Counted from the stretch's first letter, positions 1-10,473 are shown. The stretch: 64,000 nucleotides of DNA from an uncultured Oscillospiraceae bacterium (GCA_964534195.1 CAZHQX010000001.1:30474-94473); one strand, 5' to 3'. Translations and numbers: made by a program. Notes: a model not told the origin generated them from the sequence alone.

Positions 1-105
1 AGGCTTGAAGCCGCAAATTGTGTGATCTGGAGAACAGACACAAATGGTTGTGTAATTGTTGAATATAGTAATGGTGAAGCAAGAATAAAGGATTATGGCA
101 GGTAA
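1..105 (+). CDS. 3' end of an upstream CDS (partial, enters from window edge)
   Basis: Frame +1 is open from nt 1 to TAA at 103-105 (...VIVEYSNGEARIKDYGR*). comEC often precedes holA in Firmicutes, but 34 aa is too little to call. Confidence 0.3.
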   Translation, partial: RLEAANCVIWRTDTNGCVIVEYSNGEARIKDYGR

Positions 106-110
106 TACAT

Positions 111-1247
111 ATGGCGGCAGCTAAGAAGTCTGCGGACAAATCAATTCAGAATTATGCTCAGACCAAGGCACAGCTAAGGTCTGAGGAGCTTCATGATGTC
201 TACTTGTTTTTTGGGGAAGAGGATTTCCTGATAGAACGTTTGGTGCTCAGCATTCAGGCTTTGGTTCTGGAGCCAGCATCAGCTGATCTGGATCGTGTTC
301 GTATTGACGCAGAAGGTTATTCCTCACGTCTTGATATGTCAAAGCTTAAGGCTGAGATCCAAACTCCGCCGTTTATGTCAAAGCGTAAATTGATTATTGT
401 AAAGAACAGCACGTTGTTTTCAGCAGGTACCGGCAGAAAAAGCAGCAGTACGGCTAATGTTGATAATGATGACGATAACAAAGGTGACGGCAGCCACAAG
501 GATCGTCAGCAGGAGCTGGTAGAATTGTTGAAAATAGTTAACGACCAGATTTGTCTCGTTTTTATAGAGCAGAAGGCTGACAAGCGCCTTAAGAGTTTGT
601 TAGCTGCTGTTCAAGAGAGAGGAATAGTCGCTGAAATGGCTCAGGAGAAGCCTGCAGTACTTAAACAATGGGTCGAAGCTGAGTGCAGGCAGAAGGGCAT
701 CACAATAAGTTCTCAGGCAGCTGAGAGTCTTGTTGATCGTTGCGAGCAAAGTATGCGGGTCATCTGGTCCGAATTGGAAAAGCTCTTTTTATATGTTGAA
801 TACACTGATATAAAACGTGTGGACGAAGATACGATATCTTTGGTTAGTCTGCCAGATCTTAGAGGTAATATCTTCGATCTTACAGATTCAATTTCCAAAG
901 GTGATACTGGCAGAGCTCTGGTTCTTTTGGATACTCTTGTTAGACAGAGACAACCATTACAGTTGATTCAGTTCATGTTTGCCAGACATTTCAGGCAGCT
1001 GATATGTGCCGCGGAAACTGGTCAGCCAAATGAACTAATCAGTAAGCTGAAGATAATGCCTTTTGTTGCTGCCAGGCTCATCAAACAATCTAAGCAGTTT
1101 CCGTTAGCTGTTATGGAGAGAATTTATGAATTATGCTTCGAGAGCGATATGATGGTCAAAACGGGTAAAATGAATGATCGCCTGGTGCTTGAAACACTGA
1201 TCGTACGAGCAGGAGAGGCTGCTGGCACTTATCGCACCACTCGCTGA
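111..1247 (+). CDS. holA: DNA polymerase III delta subunit
   Basis: 378-aa ORF. The N-terminal 'HDVYLFFGEEDFLIERL' and the length and architecture are typical of HolA. It carries a Ser/Asp/Asn-rich insert around aa 105-130. Confidence 0.8.
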   Translation: MAAAKKSADKSIQNYAQTKAQLRSEELHDVYLFFGEEDFLIERLVLSIQALVLEPASADLDRVRIDAEGYSSRLDMSKLKAEIQTPPFMSKRKLIIVKNSTLFSAGTGRKSSSTANVDNDDDNKGDGSHKDRQQELVELLKIVNDQICLVFIEQKADKRLKSLLAAVQERGIVAEMAQEKPAVLKQWVEAECRQKGITISSQAAESLVDRCEQSMRVIWSELEKLFLYVEYTDIKRVDEDTISLVSLPDLRGNIFDLTDSISKGDTGRALVLLDTLVRQRQPLQLIQFMFARHFRQLICAAETGQPNELISKLKIMPFVAARLIKQSKQFPLAVMERIYELCFESDMMVKTGKMNDRLVLETLIVRAGEAAGTYRTTR

Positions 1248-1256
1248 TAGATATGA

Positions 1257-1286
1257 TTGACTGAACTTACTGTGCTTCTTTATAAT
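1257..1286 (+). promoter_or_regulatory. sigma-70-type promoter upstream of icd
   Basis: TTGACT (1257-1262), 18-nt spacer, TATAAT (1281-1286). Confidence 0.5.
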
Positions 1287-1358
1287 ATGTTGGATATATA
1301 TTTATAACAGATGATAGATAATGCCGGAGCAGCCGGCCAAATAATGGAGGTAGAAAAC

Positions 1359-2564
1359 GTGAGCAAAATTGCAATGAAAACACCCTTGGTCGAGATGGAT
1401 GGAGATGAAATGACAAGAATTATCTGGAAACAGATCAAGGATATAGTTCTTGAACCGTTCGTTGATTTGAAAACAGAATATTTCGACCTTGGTCTTGAGC
1501 ATAGAGATGCTACTGATGATCAAGTAACAATAGACTCGGCCATCAGAACACAAGAGCTAGGTGTAGCAGTTAAGTGTGCCACGATTACTCCTAATGCCCA
1601 GAGAATGGATGAGTATTCACTTAAGAGTATGTGGAAGAGTCCTAACGGCACCATCCGAGCCATTCTTGATGGCACAGTTTTTCGTGCACCGATCATGACA
1701 AAATGCATTACACCATTCGTATCAAGCTGGCAGAAGCCTATTACCATAGCCCGTCATGCTTATGGAGATGTTTATAAAGATTCTGAAATGATCATCGATG
1801 GAGCCTGCAAAGCGGAGCTGGTTCTGACTTTACCTGATGGCAGTGAGAAGCGGCAGATGATTCATGAATATGCGGGACCTGGTGTCCTGCTAGGTATGCA
1901 TAATACTGACAAATCAATATTCAGCTTCGCCAGAGCCTGCTTTAACTATGCTCTCGATGTGAAGCAGGATCTTTGGTTTGCTACCAAGGATACGATTTCC
2001 AAGCAGTATGACCACAGATTCAAAGATATATTTGCAGAAGTCTTTGAGGCTGAGTTCAAACAAAAATTTGATGATGCTGGAATTGAGTACTTCTACACAT
2101 TGATAGACGATGCTGTTGCCAGAATAATGCGCAGTGAGGGCAACATTGTCTGGGCCTGCAAGAATTATGATGGTGATGTTATGTCTGACATGATCGCTTC
2201 AGCTAACGGCAGCTTGGCCATGATGACGTCTGTTCTGGTTTCTCCTGATGGGAAGTATGAGTATGAGGCTGCTCATGGAACAGTTACAAGGCATTACTAT
2301 CGATACCTGAAGGGACAGAAAACCTCGACTAATCCGATGGCAACTCTATTTGCCTGGACAGGCGCTTTGCGTAAACGCGGAGAGCTTGATGGTCTGAACG
2401 ATCTGATGGAATTCGCTGACGCGATAGAAAAAGCTTCGCTTGAAACAATAGAATCAGGAACAGTAACTGGCGATTTGAAGAGCTTGATGGAAATCGATAA
2501 TGTCCGGGTAGTAGATACAGAGGATTTCCTAAAAGCAATTGTTGAACAATACAAAAAAGCGTAA
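1359..2564 (+). CDS. icd: NADP-dependent isocitrate dehydrogenase, homodimeric eukaryote-like (subfamily II) type
   Basis: Motifs '[14 protein letters not shown]', 'NYDGDVMSD' and '[10 protein letters not shown]'. Start placed at GTG 1359, 8 nt after GGAGG (1346-1350), rather than at the track start 1311. Confidence 0.9.
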   Translation: MSKIAMKTPLVEMDGDEMTRIIWKQIKDIVLEPFVDLKTEYFDLGLEHRDATDDQVTIDSAIRTQELGVAVKCATITPNAQRMDEYSLKSMWKSPNGTIRAILDGTVFRAPIMTKCITPFVSSWQKPITIARHAYGDVYKDSEMIIDGACKAELVLTLPDGSEKRQMIHEYAGPGVLLGMHNTDKSIFSFARACFNYALDVKQDLWFATKDTISKQYDHRFKDIFAEVFEAEFKQKFDDAGIEYFYTLIDDAVARIMRSEGNIVWACKNYDGDVMSDMIASANGSLAMMTSVLVSPDGKYEYEAAHGTVTRHYYRYLKGQKTSTNPMATLFAWTGALRKRGELDGLNDLMEFADAIEKASLETIESGTVTGDLKSLMEIDNVRVVDTEDFLKAIVEQYKKA

Positions 2565-2632
2565 AACATAGTTAATGATGAAAGGAGAGAATCGTCACTT
2601 GCTGATGAAGTAAGAGTGAACGATGCTTATAT

Positions 2633-3151
2633 ATGAGTTATTTTGAAATCTGGCAGAACAAAATTGAGGATACAACTGATCCAAACGCCTATAACGAATT
2701 CGTACAGGATTATTATTTAAAAGAGCAAAATGCCTATGATCAGATATTGCAGGCAGGCTCGGCGAAGGTACAGGACAAGGCCAAAGAACTGGCAGATAAG
2801 CTTGGTTTTGGTGATGACATGATCATTTTCACCGGTTTTCTCGATGGCATTCAGACAAGCTTGAGCAAGCCTATCGATCTGGATAATGTTGATGATGAGA
2901 CAGAGCTCGAGCTTGATATTGATTTTGAAAAATTGTTTTGGAATATGCAGGACGCAAAGGCGGATTGGCTATACAATCTCGAGAGCTGGGACAATGTTCT
3001 TGCTGCGGATAAGAGGGTCGAGCTTACTCGTGAATACAAAGAATCCCAGATCGTAAGAGTTGAGAAAATTGGCAGAAACGACCCCTGTCCTTGTGGCAGC
3101 GGTAAAAAGTATAAACAATGTTGTGCCAAGAAGCAGGGGGCAAAATTATGA
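2633..3151 (+). CDS. SEC-C metal-binding motif protein
   Basis: C-terminal '[18 protein letters not shown]' is the SecA-type zinc-binding SEC-C motif. The N-terminal ~150 aa are uncharacterised. Confidence 0.7.
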   Translation: MSYFEIWQNKIEDTTDPNAYNEFVQDYYLKEQNAYDQILQAGSAKVQDKAKELADKLGFGDDMIIFTGFLDGIQTSLSKPIDLDNVDDETELELDIDFEKLFWNMQDAKADWLYNLESWDNVLAADKRVELTREYKESQIVRVEKIGRNDPCPCGSGKKYKQCCAKKQGAKL

Positions 3152-4545
3152 TCGGTGCTGTTTCTGTTCGTAGTCTGTACAAGGATACAGAGGTTTATAC
3201 GGGCAAGAGTGTAACTGTTGCCGGCTGGATCAGAACTGTTCGTGATCAGAAACAGTTCGGCTTCATCAGTCTTAATGATGGTACATATTTTCAACCTCTG
3301 CAAATTGTTTTTGAACGCGACCAGCTTGAAAATTACGATGAGGTCGCGAAATACGGTAATGGCAGCGCTATTATCGCCACTGGTTCAATATCGTTGACGC
3401 CAGGAGCCCGTCAGCCATTTGAAATGAAGGCTGAGAGTATAGTTTTGGAGGGGGCTTGCCCGCCTGAGTACCCTCTTCAGCCTAAGCGCCATACACCTGA
3501 ATATCTCAGGAGCATAGCTCATCTTAGAGCCAGAACAAATCTTCTTTCTGCTGCCTTCCGTGTTCGTTCGGTTGCTGCATACGCAATCCATCGTTTTTTC
3601 ATGGAGCGTGAGTTTGTCTATGTTCATACACCTATAATTACAGGTAGTGATGCCGAAGGTGCGGGACAGATGTTTACGGTCACCACACTTGATCTCAACG
3701 ATCCGCCGCGTGATGATAAGGGTATGATCGATTATAGTCAGGATTTTTTTGGCAAGCATACCAACCTGACTGTTAGCGGCCAGCTTTCGGGCGAGACTTT
3801 TGCCATGGCGTTCAAAAATATTTATACGTTCGGTCCGACCTTCAGAGCTGAAAATTCAAATACGGTCAAGCATGCTGCTGAGTTTTGGATGATCGAGCCT
3901 GAGATCGCTTTTGCAGATCTTGAGGATGATATGAAACTGGCAGAGGACATGATCAAATACATAATCCGAGCAGTACTTGATGAATGTCCGGAAGAGATGG
4001 AGTTTTTCAATCAATTTGTCGACAAAGGGCTGATGGATAGACTACAAAATGTTATCAGTAATGATTTCGCGGTTATAACATATACTGAAGCGATTGAGAA
4101 GCTGCAGCTTGTAAAAGAGAGATTTGCCTATCCTGTTGATTGGGGCAGTGATCTGCAGACAGAACATGAACGCTATTTGACAGAGGTGTTGTTTGGAAGG
4201 CCTGTTTTTGTAATTGACTATCCAAAAGATATCAAGGCCTTCTATATGAAGCTCAATTCAGATGGCAAAACAGTAGCTGCTATGGATTGCTTAGTTCCTG
4301 GAATCGGTGAAATCATTGGCGGCAGCCAGCGTGAAGAGAATATCGAAGTTCTTAAACAACGTATGCAGGAATGTGATCTTGAGGAGAAGGATTATTGGTG
4401 GTATCTGCAGCTTAGAGAGTATGGATCTGCCAGACACGCCGGTTTTGGCCTTGGATTTGAGAGAATGATCATGTACCTCACGGGCATCCCGAATATCAGA
4501 GATGTTATTCCATTTGCCAGAACAACAGGCAGTGCTGACTTCTAA
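3148..4545 (+). CDS. asnS: asparagine--tRNA ligase
   Basis: Class IIb aaRS motifs ('[21 protein letters not shown]', 'GFGLGFERM') with an OB-fold N-terminus. ATG 3148 follows AGGGGG and overlaps the upstream stop as ATGA. Confidence 0.95.
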   Translation: MIGAVSVRSLYKDTEVYTGKSVTVAGWIRTVRDQKQFGFISLNDGTYFQPLQIVFERDQLENYDEVAKYGNGSAIIATGSISLTPGARQPFEMKAESIVLEGACPPEYPLQPKRHTPEYLRSIAHLRARTNLLSAAFRVRSVAAYAIHRFFMEREFVYVHTPIITGSDAEGAGQMFTVTTLDLNDPPRDDKGMIDYSQDFFGKHTNLTVSGQLSGETFAMAFKNIYTFGPTFRAENSNTVKHAAEFWMIEPEIAFADLEDDMKLAEDMIKYIIRAVLDECPEEMEFFNQFVDKGLMDRLQNVISNDFAVITYTEAIEKLQLVKERFAYPVDWGSDLQTEHERYLTEVLFGRPVFVIDYPKDIKAFYMKLNSDGKTVAAMDCLVPGIGEIIGGSQREENIEVLKQRMQECDLEEKDYWWYLQLREYGSARHAGFGLGFERMIMYLTGIPNIRDVIPFARTTGSADF

Positions 4546-4548
4546 TAA

Positions 4549-5232
4549 ATGGCAATGAATAATGCTTGTGTTAACAGCGAGACTCCTGTGAAATTGTATC
4601 TGGCTTCGGGTTCTCCACGTAGAAGAGAGTTGTTTGATCGCTTCTGGGGAAATAAAGGCTATACGGTAAGTGTTCCTGAATTTGATGAACAGGCAGCTGC
4701 GCTTGAGTTTATTAATTCATCTGTTCCTGAAGATCTTGCCAAACATCTTACAACAGGCAAAATAGAGGCTGTGAAAAACTCGATCAGCATCAGTGGACAA
4801 TATCTGGCAGTTGCAGCAGACACAATTGTTGTTATTGATGATCATATATTGGGTAAGCCGCTGAATCAAGCTGAGGCAGCCGACATGCTTCATAGGCTTT
4901 CAGGAAGACGCCACAAGGTCATAACAGCTATAGCTCTTCTTGTCAGTGGCAAAGATACTGAACAATTGATCGTTGAATCTGAAACAACTTATGTAGAATT
5001 TTCTTTGCTTGATCAAAGGCAGATCGATTGGTATATATCGACCGGTGAGCCGATGGACAAGGCTGGTGCTTATGGGATACAGGGCTATGGCAGCGCCCTT
5101 ATCAGAAAAATTGACGGCTGCTACTATAATGTAATGGGTTTGCCGGTGAACAGGCTGATGAACATGCTGCGTACTGCAGCTGAAAGATCACCTGAGTTCA
5201 GTTTTATTTCTGGTTTATTGCCCTGGTCCTGA
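4549..5232 (+). CDS. maf: Maf-like nucleoside-triphosphate pyrophosphatase (septum formation protein)
   Basis: Motifs 'LASGSPRRRELF' and 'DKAGAYGIQG'. Classic position upstream of radC. Confidence 0.85.
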   Translation: MAMNNACVNSETPVKLYLASGSPRRRELFDRFWGNKGYTVSVPEFDEQAAALEFINSSVPEDLAKHLTTGKIEAVKNSISISGQYLAVAADTIVVIDDHILGKPLNQAEAADMLHRLSGRRHKVITAIALLVSGKDTEQLIVESETTYVEFSLLDQRQIDWYISTGEPMDKAGAYGIQGYGSALIRKIDGCYYNVMGLPVNRLMNMLRTAAERSPEFSFISGLLPWS

Positions 5233-5257
5233 CAGGCCTCCGGAAGGAGACTGAAAA

Positions 5258-5959
5258 ATGGAACAGCAAAACAGACTTTTGATGAAAGAAATGCCAGAAG
5301 GTGATCGTCCTTATGAGAAGCTGGAGCGGCTTGGCGCCAGAGCGATGTCTGATGCCGAGCTGCTTTCTATTATTATTAGAAGCGGAACTAAAAAGGAGTC
5401 GGCACTGCAGCTTGGGCAACGGATCATGTCAACTGCTGGAGATCGTGGACTTATGATGCTTCAGGAGCACAGTCTTGAAGAATTGATGGAAATACAAGGC
5501 ATCGGCAAAGTAAAAGCATTGCAGATCAAGGCCTCACTTGAACTTGGGAATCGAACGATCGATAAAGCGAGAAATACACCTAGGCGACAAGTAAAAACAC
5601 CGGAGGATGCCAGATCTGTGTTGGAGGAACAGCTCAGATCATGTCCTCGTGAAGAGCTGCATATGATAATGCTTGACATACGGAACAGGGTTATCAGAAC
5701 TGTCAGATTATCAGAGGGAGGTCTGTCGTCAGCTGTTATTCAACCAAGAGATTTGTTTCGTGAAGCTGTAAAAGCTAACGCTGCCTCGATAATTCTGGTT
5801 CATAATCATCCTAGCGGTGATCCCAGTCCCAGTCAGGATGATATTGATTCTTCACTGCGATTGATAGAGATGGGTGGTCTTATGGGCATTAGAGTAGTAG
5901 ATCATCTTGTAATATCTTTGTCAGGTTATATTAGTATGAAACAAGAAGGCATGATCTGA
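5258..5959 (+). CDS. radC: RadC-family JAB/MPN domain protein
   Basis: HhH segment 'IQGIGKVKALQI' and JAB motif 'HNHPSGDPSPSQDD'. Confidence 0.9.
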   Translation: MEQQNRLLMKEMPEGDRPYEKLERLGARAMSDAELLSIIIRSGTKKESALQLGQRIMSTAGDRGLMMLQEHSLEELMEIQGIGKVKALQIKASLELGNRTIDKARNTPRRQVKTPEDARSVLEEQLRSCPREELHMIMLDIRNRVIRTVRLSEGGLSSAVIQPRDLFREAVKANAASIILVHNHPSGDPSPSQDDIDSSLRLIEMGGLMGIRVVDHLVISLSGYISMKQEGMI

Positions 5960-6048
5960 TCGAAGCATTAGTTTGCTGATGTCTTGTATTTGCGATATTA
6001 TATCGAGGTGACGGGCAATAGAACCGCAGCTGAAAGGATGGATACTAT

Positions 6049-6894
6049 TTGCGCAAGGTAGTACGGACACGAATATTTACTGTTGTTCTGACAAGCCTGA
6101 TATTACTGGCTCTGATACTTTTGTCGTCTTTTCCCGGCAGTCCACTTAATCACCTCACAACACCGGTCAGTGCTGTATTCAAGCCTGTTCAAACAGCGTT
6201 TAGATCAGCAGCCGATAATGTGGCGGGTTTTTGGCAGTCCTTGACAGATGGTATAAAAATACGCGATGAGAATAAGCAGCTTCTTCAGGAGAATGCTCAA
6301 TTGAGAAATCAGGTCGCTCAGCTTGAGGCAGCCGGCAGGAATTATGAAGAGCTGAAAGATGCTCTTTCATTGAAGGATCAATTCGATAGATACGAGATAG
6401 CTGGTGCAAGAGTCATGACCAGAGAGCTCGGTACATGGTTTGATGTATATAAGATAGATATGGGAACAGCTGATGGACTTGAGATATCAGATACTGTTTC
6501 TTATGCTGTTATAGATTCGCAATCAAGACTGATCGGCAGGGTTCTATCTGCTGATCTTACGACTGCCAAGATACTGCCGATGCTCCACGAGGGCTTCTCG
6601 GTCAGTGCGCGTGTCAATGAAGTAAATGGTGCGATCGTAAGAATGCGTGGAGACATAGAGCTTAAGAATAGTAGTCTTTGTATGATAGATCAGATACCCG
6701 CAAGTGCTGATCTGCGTATAGGTGACCAGCTTGTTACCAGCGGACTTGGCGGATTGTTTCCAGAGGGTATCATAATTGGCGAGATAATTGAGATAAAAGA
6801 TGATAATTCCGGTAGACGAACTGCTATTGTAAAACCATTAGCGGATTATGATAATTTATCGGTGGTATTTGTGATGAAGGGACGACAACCATGA
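6049..6894 (+). CDS. mreC: rod shape-determining protein MreC
   Basis: N-terminal TM segment, coiled coil 'ENKQLLQENAQLRNQVAQLE', and C-terminal 'VTSGLGGLFPEGIIIGEI'. TTG start. Confidence 0.9.
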   Translation: MRKVVRTRIFTVVLTSLILLALILLSSFPGSPLNHLTTPVSAVFKPVQTAFRSAADNVAGFWQSLTDGIKIRDENKQLLQENAQLRNQVAQLEAAGRNYEELKDALSLKDQFDRYEIAGARVMTRELGTWFDVYKIDMGTADGLEISDTVSYAVIDSQSRLIGRVLSADLTTAKILPMLHEGFSVSARVNEVNGAIVRMRGDIELKNSSLCMIDQIPASADLRIGDQLVTSGLGGLFPEGIIIGEIIEIKDDNSGRRTAIVKPLADYDNLSVVFVMKGRQP

Positions 6895-7478
6895 GACTTC
6901 TAAAAAAGTATGGTCGTCAAATAGTCATATATTCATTTTATCTCCTCCTCATAACGGTGATTCAGTTTACTTTGTCAGGATGGTTGATACCTGTATCTCT
7001 AATGCCTGATCTCGCGCTTGTTTTTGTTATCATATGTGGGAGCTTTTATGGTGGTGACGAAGGCATGATAATTGGAATAATTGCAGGTTTCTTAAGAGAT
7101 ATGCTTGCCGGCAGGGTTTTGGGACTAGGCATGTTGTTGCTGATGCTTGCAGGGCTTGCTGCATCTGGATTATTCATAAAATGGTTCAGAAGAAATGCAA
7201 TTGTAGTTCTTTTGCAGGTCTCTGTCATTAGTTTGTTTTATGAGATGATTATCGTAGGTATGACATTTCTCTTTCCGATGCTGCCTGATCAGATATACAC
7301 TTTGAAGCTCCTTTTCGATTTAAATCTGCAGGATTCATTAGTCCAATTGGGACTGAATGTGGCAGCTGCTGTTCCCTTAATGTTTTTGCTTCATTTTATT
7401 GGGCCTTATCCTCGTGGACAGAAGCGAACCGGTATGGAGGAAGATGAAAACGGAGAGAATTTATGGCGAACGATTTAA
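6891..7478 (+). CDS. mreD: rod shape-determining protein MreD
   Basis: Polytopic membrane protein that overlaps mreC by 4 nt. Position and size are typical of MreD. Confidence 0.7.
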   Translation: MRLLKKYGRQIVIYSFYLLLITVIQFTLSGWLIPVSLMPDLALVFVIICGSFYGGDEGMIIGIIAGFLRDMLAGRVLGLGMLLLMLAGLAASGLFIKWFRRNAIVVLLQVSVISLFYEMIIVGMTFLFPMLPDQIYTLKLLFDLNLQDSLVQLGLNVAAAVPLMFLLHFIGPYPRGQKRTGMEEDENGENLWRTI

Positions 7479-9835
7479 AGGACACTTTTTATATATTTGA
7501 TCATGATGAAGCTGTCGCATTTGAAAAAAAAGAGGATAAACGTCCCGGTTTCAAGCATAGGGTCCGGTCATTTATCCGATCCCGGTTTGCTGTTCTTAGT
7601 ATTTTGTTTCTAGCAGCAGGCGCCATGATTTTTTATCGAACGGCTGCATTGCAGCTTAATCCCGGATCGGTCAGCGGTGTAAGTGAGACAAGTGGGATAT
7701 CAAGGCAGCAGGTTATTAAGGCCCCGCGCGGAGATATTTATGATGCGTCTGGTATAGCTCTTGCTTATTCTGAAACTATACCTGTTATGTATTTGAGCTA
7801 TGCGGGACTTGATAATAATTCACTCAATTCGATGCTGCTTGATCTGTCGTACTTTCTTGAGGAACATGGTGTTGACGTTTCAAGTGAATTGACTGATTAT
7901 TTCGCAATTGACCATTCCAGATGCGATCATGAACAAGGCCAAGGGATTGATTGTGGAGTGGCCGTCTTTTACAAGAATGATGAGGAACTTAGCTATTGGC
8001 AGACTAATCAGAATTTATTCGCGCTCAAAGAAGGTAAGGACGGAGAAAAGTCAGTTTTTACAGATGACAGAGTTAAGCTTGATCCTGAAGAGTTTTATAA
8101 ATATCTGCTTTATAACAAGTATCAGATAGAGAATTATGATGCTGATGGCCTCATATACAGTAGAGAGGAAGCTTATAGAATCATGAAGCTTCGCTATCTG
8201 ATCATGAAAAATTACTGGTCTTTTGTAAATGGCACGCCAATAGAGCTTACAAGACAAGTTACAGAGGATATGGTAAGTGTAATTCATGAACAGAATTATC
8301 GTTTCCGTGGAGTGATTATTGGCCAGGATAGTCAGAGAATATACTCTGATCAGGTCAGGTTTTTGAGTCATGTAATTGGCTACACTGGTCGGATATCTGC
8401 TGTTCAATATGAACAGCTGCGTGAGTTAGGCTACGAACCTGACGCAATCGTGGGTCAAGCAGGTGTTGAAGCCTCCGCTGAGAGATACCTTGCAGGCCAA
8501 AACGGTGTTAAGCCATATAATATTTGGTCGGCATCTGGTGAGGAGGGAACTTTTTTCCCGGAAGATGTTGGCAAGAATGCTGTTCCGGGATATGATGTTA
8601 GACTTACTATTGACCTGAAATTGCAAAAGGTTGCCCAGACATCTCTTGAACAGGTGATAGAACAGATCAGAAATAGTCCGGATAACAAGAATAAGGGTGA
8701 TGCTGATGCCGGTGCAGTTGTAGTTCTTGATGCTAAGAGCGGTGCCGTCAAGGCGATGTCCAGTTTCCCGTATTATGATCCAAATGACTTCCTCAGGCAG
8801 GCAGAAGATAAGGAGGCGGCTGAGCGAGTTGAAACTTATCTGCAGGATAACGAACAGAAGCCGATGATGAATCGTACGATCATGGAGATTTATGCCCCGG
8901 GTTCTACGTTTAAACCTGCTACGGCTATAGCTGCCTTGCAGTCAGGTGCGATCACTCCGGTTTCCAACACGATAAGGTGCCGTGGATCTGAGGTGATTGG
9001 CGATTGGCCTTGGCGTTGCCTTGAATATCCTTATGGAGGTCATGGAGATCTTACTCTTGTTAGAGGAATGGCAACATCATGTAATATGTACTTCTATCAC
9101 TTGGGAGTTAAAACTGGTGTTGACAACATAGACTACTGGGGAAAGAAGCTTGGTCTGGGTGAATACACAGGGATTGATCTGCCTGGTGAGGTTAAGGGAT
9201 ATCGTTCTAGCAGAGAAACAAAAATATTGTTACGAAGCGATCCATCAGATCAGGTATGGTTTCCGGCGGATACCTGCCAAACAGCGATTGGCCAGTTTGA
9301 TAATAGCTTCACGATCCTTCAGCTTGCCAGATATACTGCTGCTGCAGCCACTGGCAATCTGGTAACTCCTCATGTTATATCTCAGATTACCAGAAGTGAC
9401 GGGGTCGTAATAAGCTACAATGAGCCGGAACCACAGCCAATAGGTCTTGAGCAGTCAACGATTGACATCATACATGAAGCAATGCTGGCAGTCAGCAGGG
9501 ATCATGAAGGTACTGCCCGCAGATATTTCGCTGATTATCCGATCGATGTAGCTGCCAAAACTGGAACTGCAGAGACAGGAAAAGAGGACGTATCATCTTC
9601 TAATGGCTTATTTATATGTTTTGCTCCTGCGGATGATCCAGAAATCGTAATTGCTCAGATAATAGAGAAGGGTGCCTGGGGATCGAATACTATTGGTATT
9701 GCCAAGAATATACTGGATGCCTATTTTGGCTTGGACAGGCCAGATGATCAGGCTTCTGATCAGATTCTGGATCCGGCTCTTGTTGGTGTTGACATTTCGC
9801 AAGCTTCAGACAATCAACAGGATGACCAAACTTAA
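7463..9835 (+). CDS. mrdA: penicillin-binding protein 2 (class B transpeptidase)
   Basis: N-terminal TM anchor. SxxK 'GSTFKP', SxN 'TSCN' and KTG 'AKTGTAE' motifs are present. Confidence 0.9.
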   Translation: MANDLKDTFYIFDHDEAVAFEKKEDKRPGFKHRVRSFIRSRFAVLSILFLAAGAMIFYRTAALQLNPGSVSGVSETSGISRQQVIKAPRGDIYDASGIALAYSETIPVMYLSYAGLDNNSLNSMLLDLSYFLEEHGVDVSSELTDYFAIDHSRCDHEQGQGIDCGVAVFYKNDEELSYWQTNQNLFALKEGKDGEKSVFTDDRVKLDPEEFYKYLLYNKYQIENYDADGLIYSREEAYRIMKLRYLIMKNYWSFVNGTPIELTRQVTEDMVSVIHEQNYRFRGVIIGQDSQRIYSDQVRFLSHVIGYTGRISAVQYEQLRELGYEPDAIVGQAGVEASAERYLAGQNGVKPYNIWSASGEEGTFFPEDVGKNAVPGYDVRLTIDLKLQKVAQTSLEQVIEQIRNSPDNKNKGDADAGAVVVLDAKSGAVKAMSSFPYYDPNDFLRQAEDKEAAERVETYLQDNEQKPMMNRTIMEIYAPGSTFKPATAIAALQSGAITPVSNTIRCRGSEVIGDWPWRCLEYPYGGHGDLTLVRGMATSCNMYFYHLGVKTGVDNIDYWGKKLGLGEYTGIDLPGEVKGYRSSRETKILLRSDPSDQVWFPADTCQTAIGQFDNSFTILQLARYTAAAATGNLVTPHVISQITRSDGVVISYNEPEPQPIGLEQSTIDIIHEAMLAVSRDHEGTARRYFADYPIDVAAKTGTAETGKEDVSSSNGLFICFAPADDPEIVIAQIIEKGAWGSNTIGIAKNILDAYFGLDRPDDQASDQILDPALVGVDISQASDNQQDDQT

Positions 9836-9988
9836 ACAGAATGACAAATACTGTGCAATAGGTTGAAACATATTTAACGAAGATGGGCTTAATCTACAGA
9901 AAATGATCATTATGCCCGTTAAGTCTTGTTTGAATCGGCAAATGCCGATAGAATAGGTTATAGTTATCTGATATTAGGAGGTAGCCTT

Positions 9989-10378
9989 GTGAATATTGTT
10001 TTGCTTGCAGATAATCGCAAGAATGAACTTCTGGTTAATTTCTGTATTGCTTACAGCCAGATTTTATCCAGGCATACGATGTACTCGCTTTTTAATACAT
10101 CCAGATTGATTCGTGACGCGACTTCGATCGATATTATTGGGCTTTCCACAGAAATATCCGGTAGTCTTGATCAGCTTGCTTCCAGAGCAATGTACAATGA
10201 AATAGACGCCGTTGTGTATCTGCGGGATCCTCTTCTAGATTCATATGACGCGCCTAACGCTTTGCTCAAGGCCTGTGATACAAACAGTATTCCAGTAGCC
10301 ACAAATATTGCGACGGCAGAGCTGCTTGTTCTAGCGATAGATCGCGGTGATCTGGATTGGCGTGAGCTGGTCAGATAA
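9989..10378 (+). CDS. methylglyoxal synthase-like (MGS-like) domain protein, catalytic residues not conserved
   Basis: Collinear with MgsA ('NIVLLADNRKNE...', 'IDAVVYLRDPL', 'NSIPVATNIATAELLV'). The 'HDHxK' and 'ATGTTG' motifs are replaced by 'ADNRK' and 'SLFNTS'. GTG 9989 follows AGGAGG. Confidence 0.6.
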   Translation: MNIVLLADNRKNELLVNFCIAYSQILSRHTMYSLFNTSRLIRDATSIDIIGLSTEISGSLDQLASRAMYNEIDAVVYLRDPLLDSYDAPNALLKACDTNSIPVATNIATAELLVLAIDRGDLDWRELVR

Positions 10379-10408
10379 GATTAGTCTGATTTACGTTTTC
10401 TAAATAAC

Positions 10409-10445
10409 AAATGCAAGTTATAGATAAATAACTTGCATTTTTTCT
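10409..10445 (+). terminator. rho-independent terminator after the cell-shape operon
   Basis: 13-bp perfect stem (AAATGCAAGTTAT / ATAACTTGCATTT) followed by a T-run. Confidence 0.8.
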
Positions 10446-10473
10446 TGACGAATATGCATGTAAGCAATAAAAT
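10445..10473 (+). promoter_or_regulatory. sigma-70-type promoter upstream of gdhA
   Basis: TTGACG (10445-10450), 17-nt spacer, TAAAAT (10468-10473). Confidence 0.5.

Noticed and set aside
3065-3125. Possible nucleotide repeat between the SEC-C motif of the small protein and the SecA C-terminus (22890-22950).
   Set aside because: The similarity is at the protein level only, because synonymous positions differ throughout. It is a shared motif and not a DNA repeat or a recent duplication.
9926-9988. Upstream start (TTG 9926) for the MGS-like ORF.
   Set aside because: AGGAGG lies directly before GTG 9989, and homology to MgsA begins there. The upstream 21 codons have no support.
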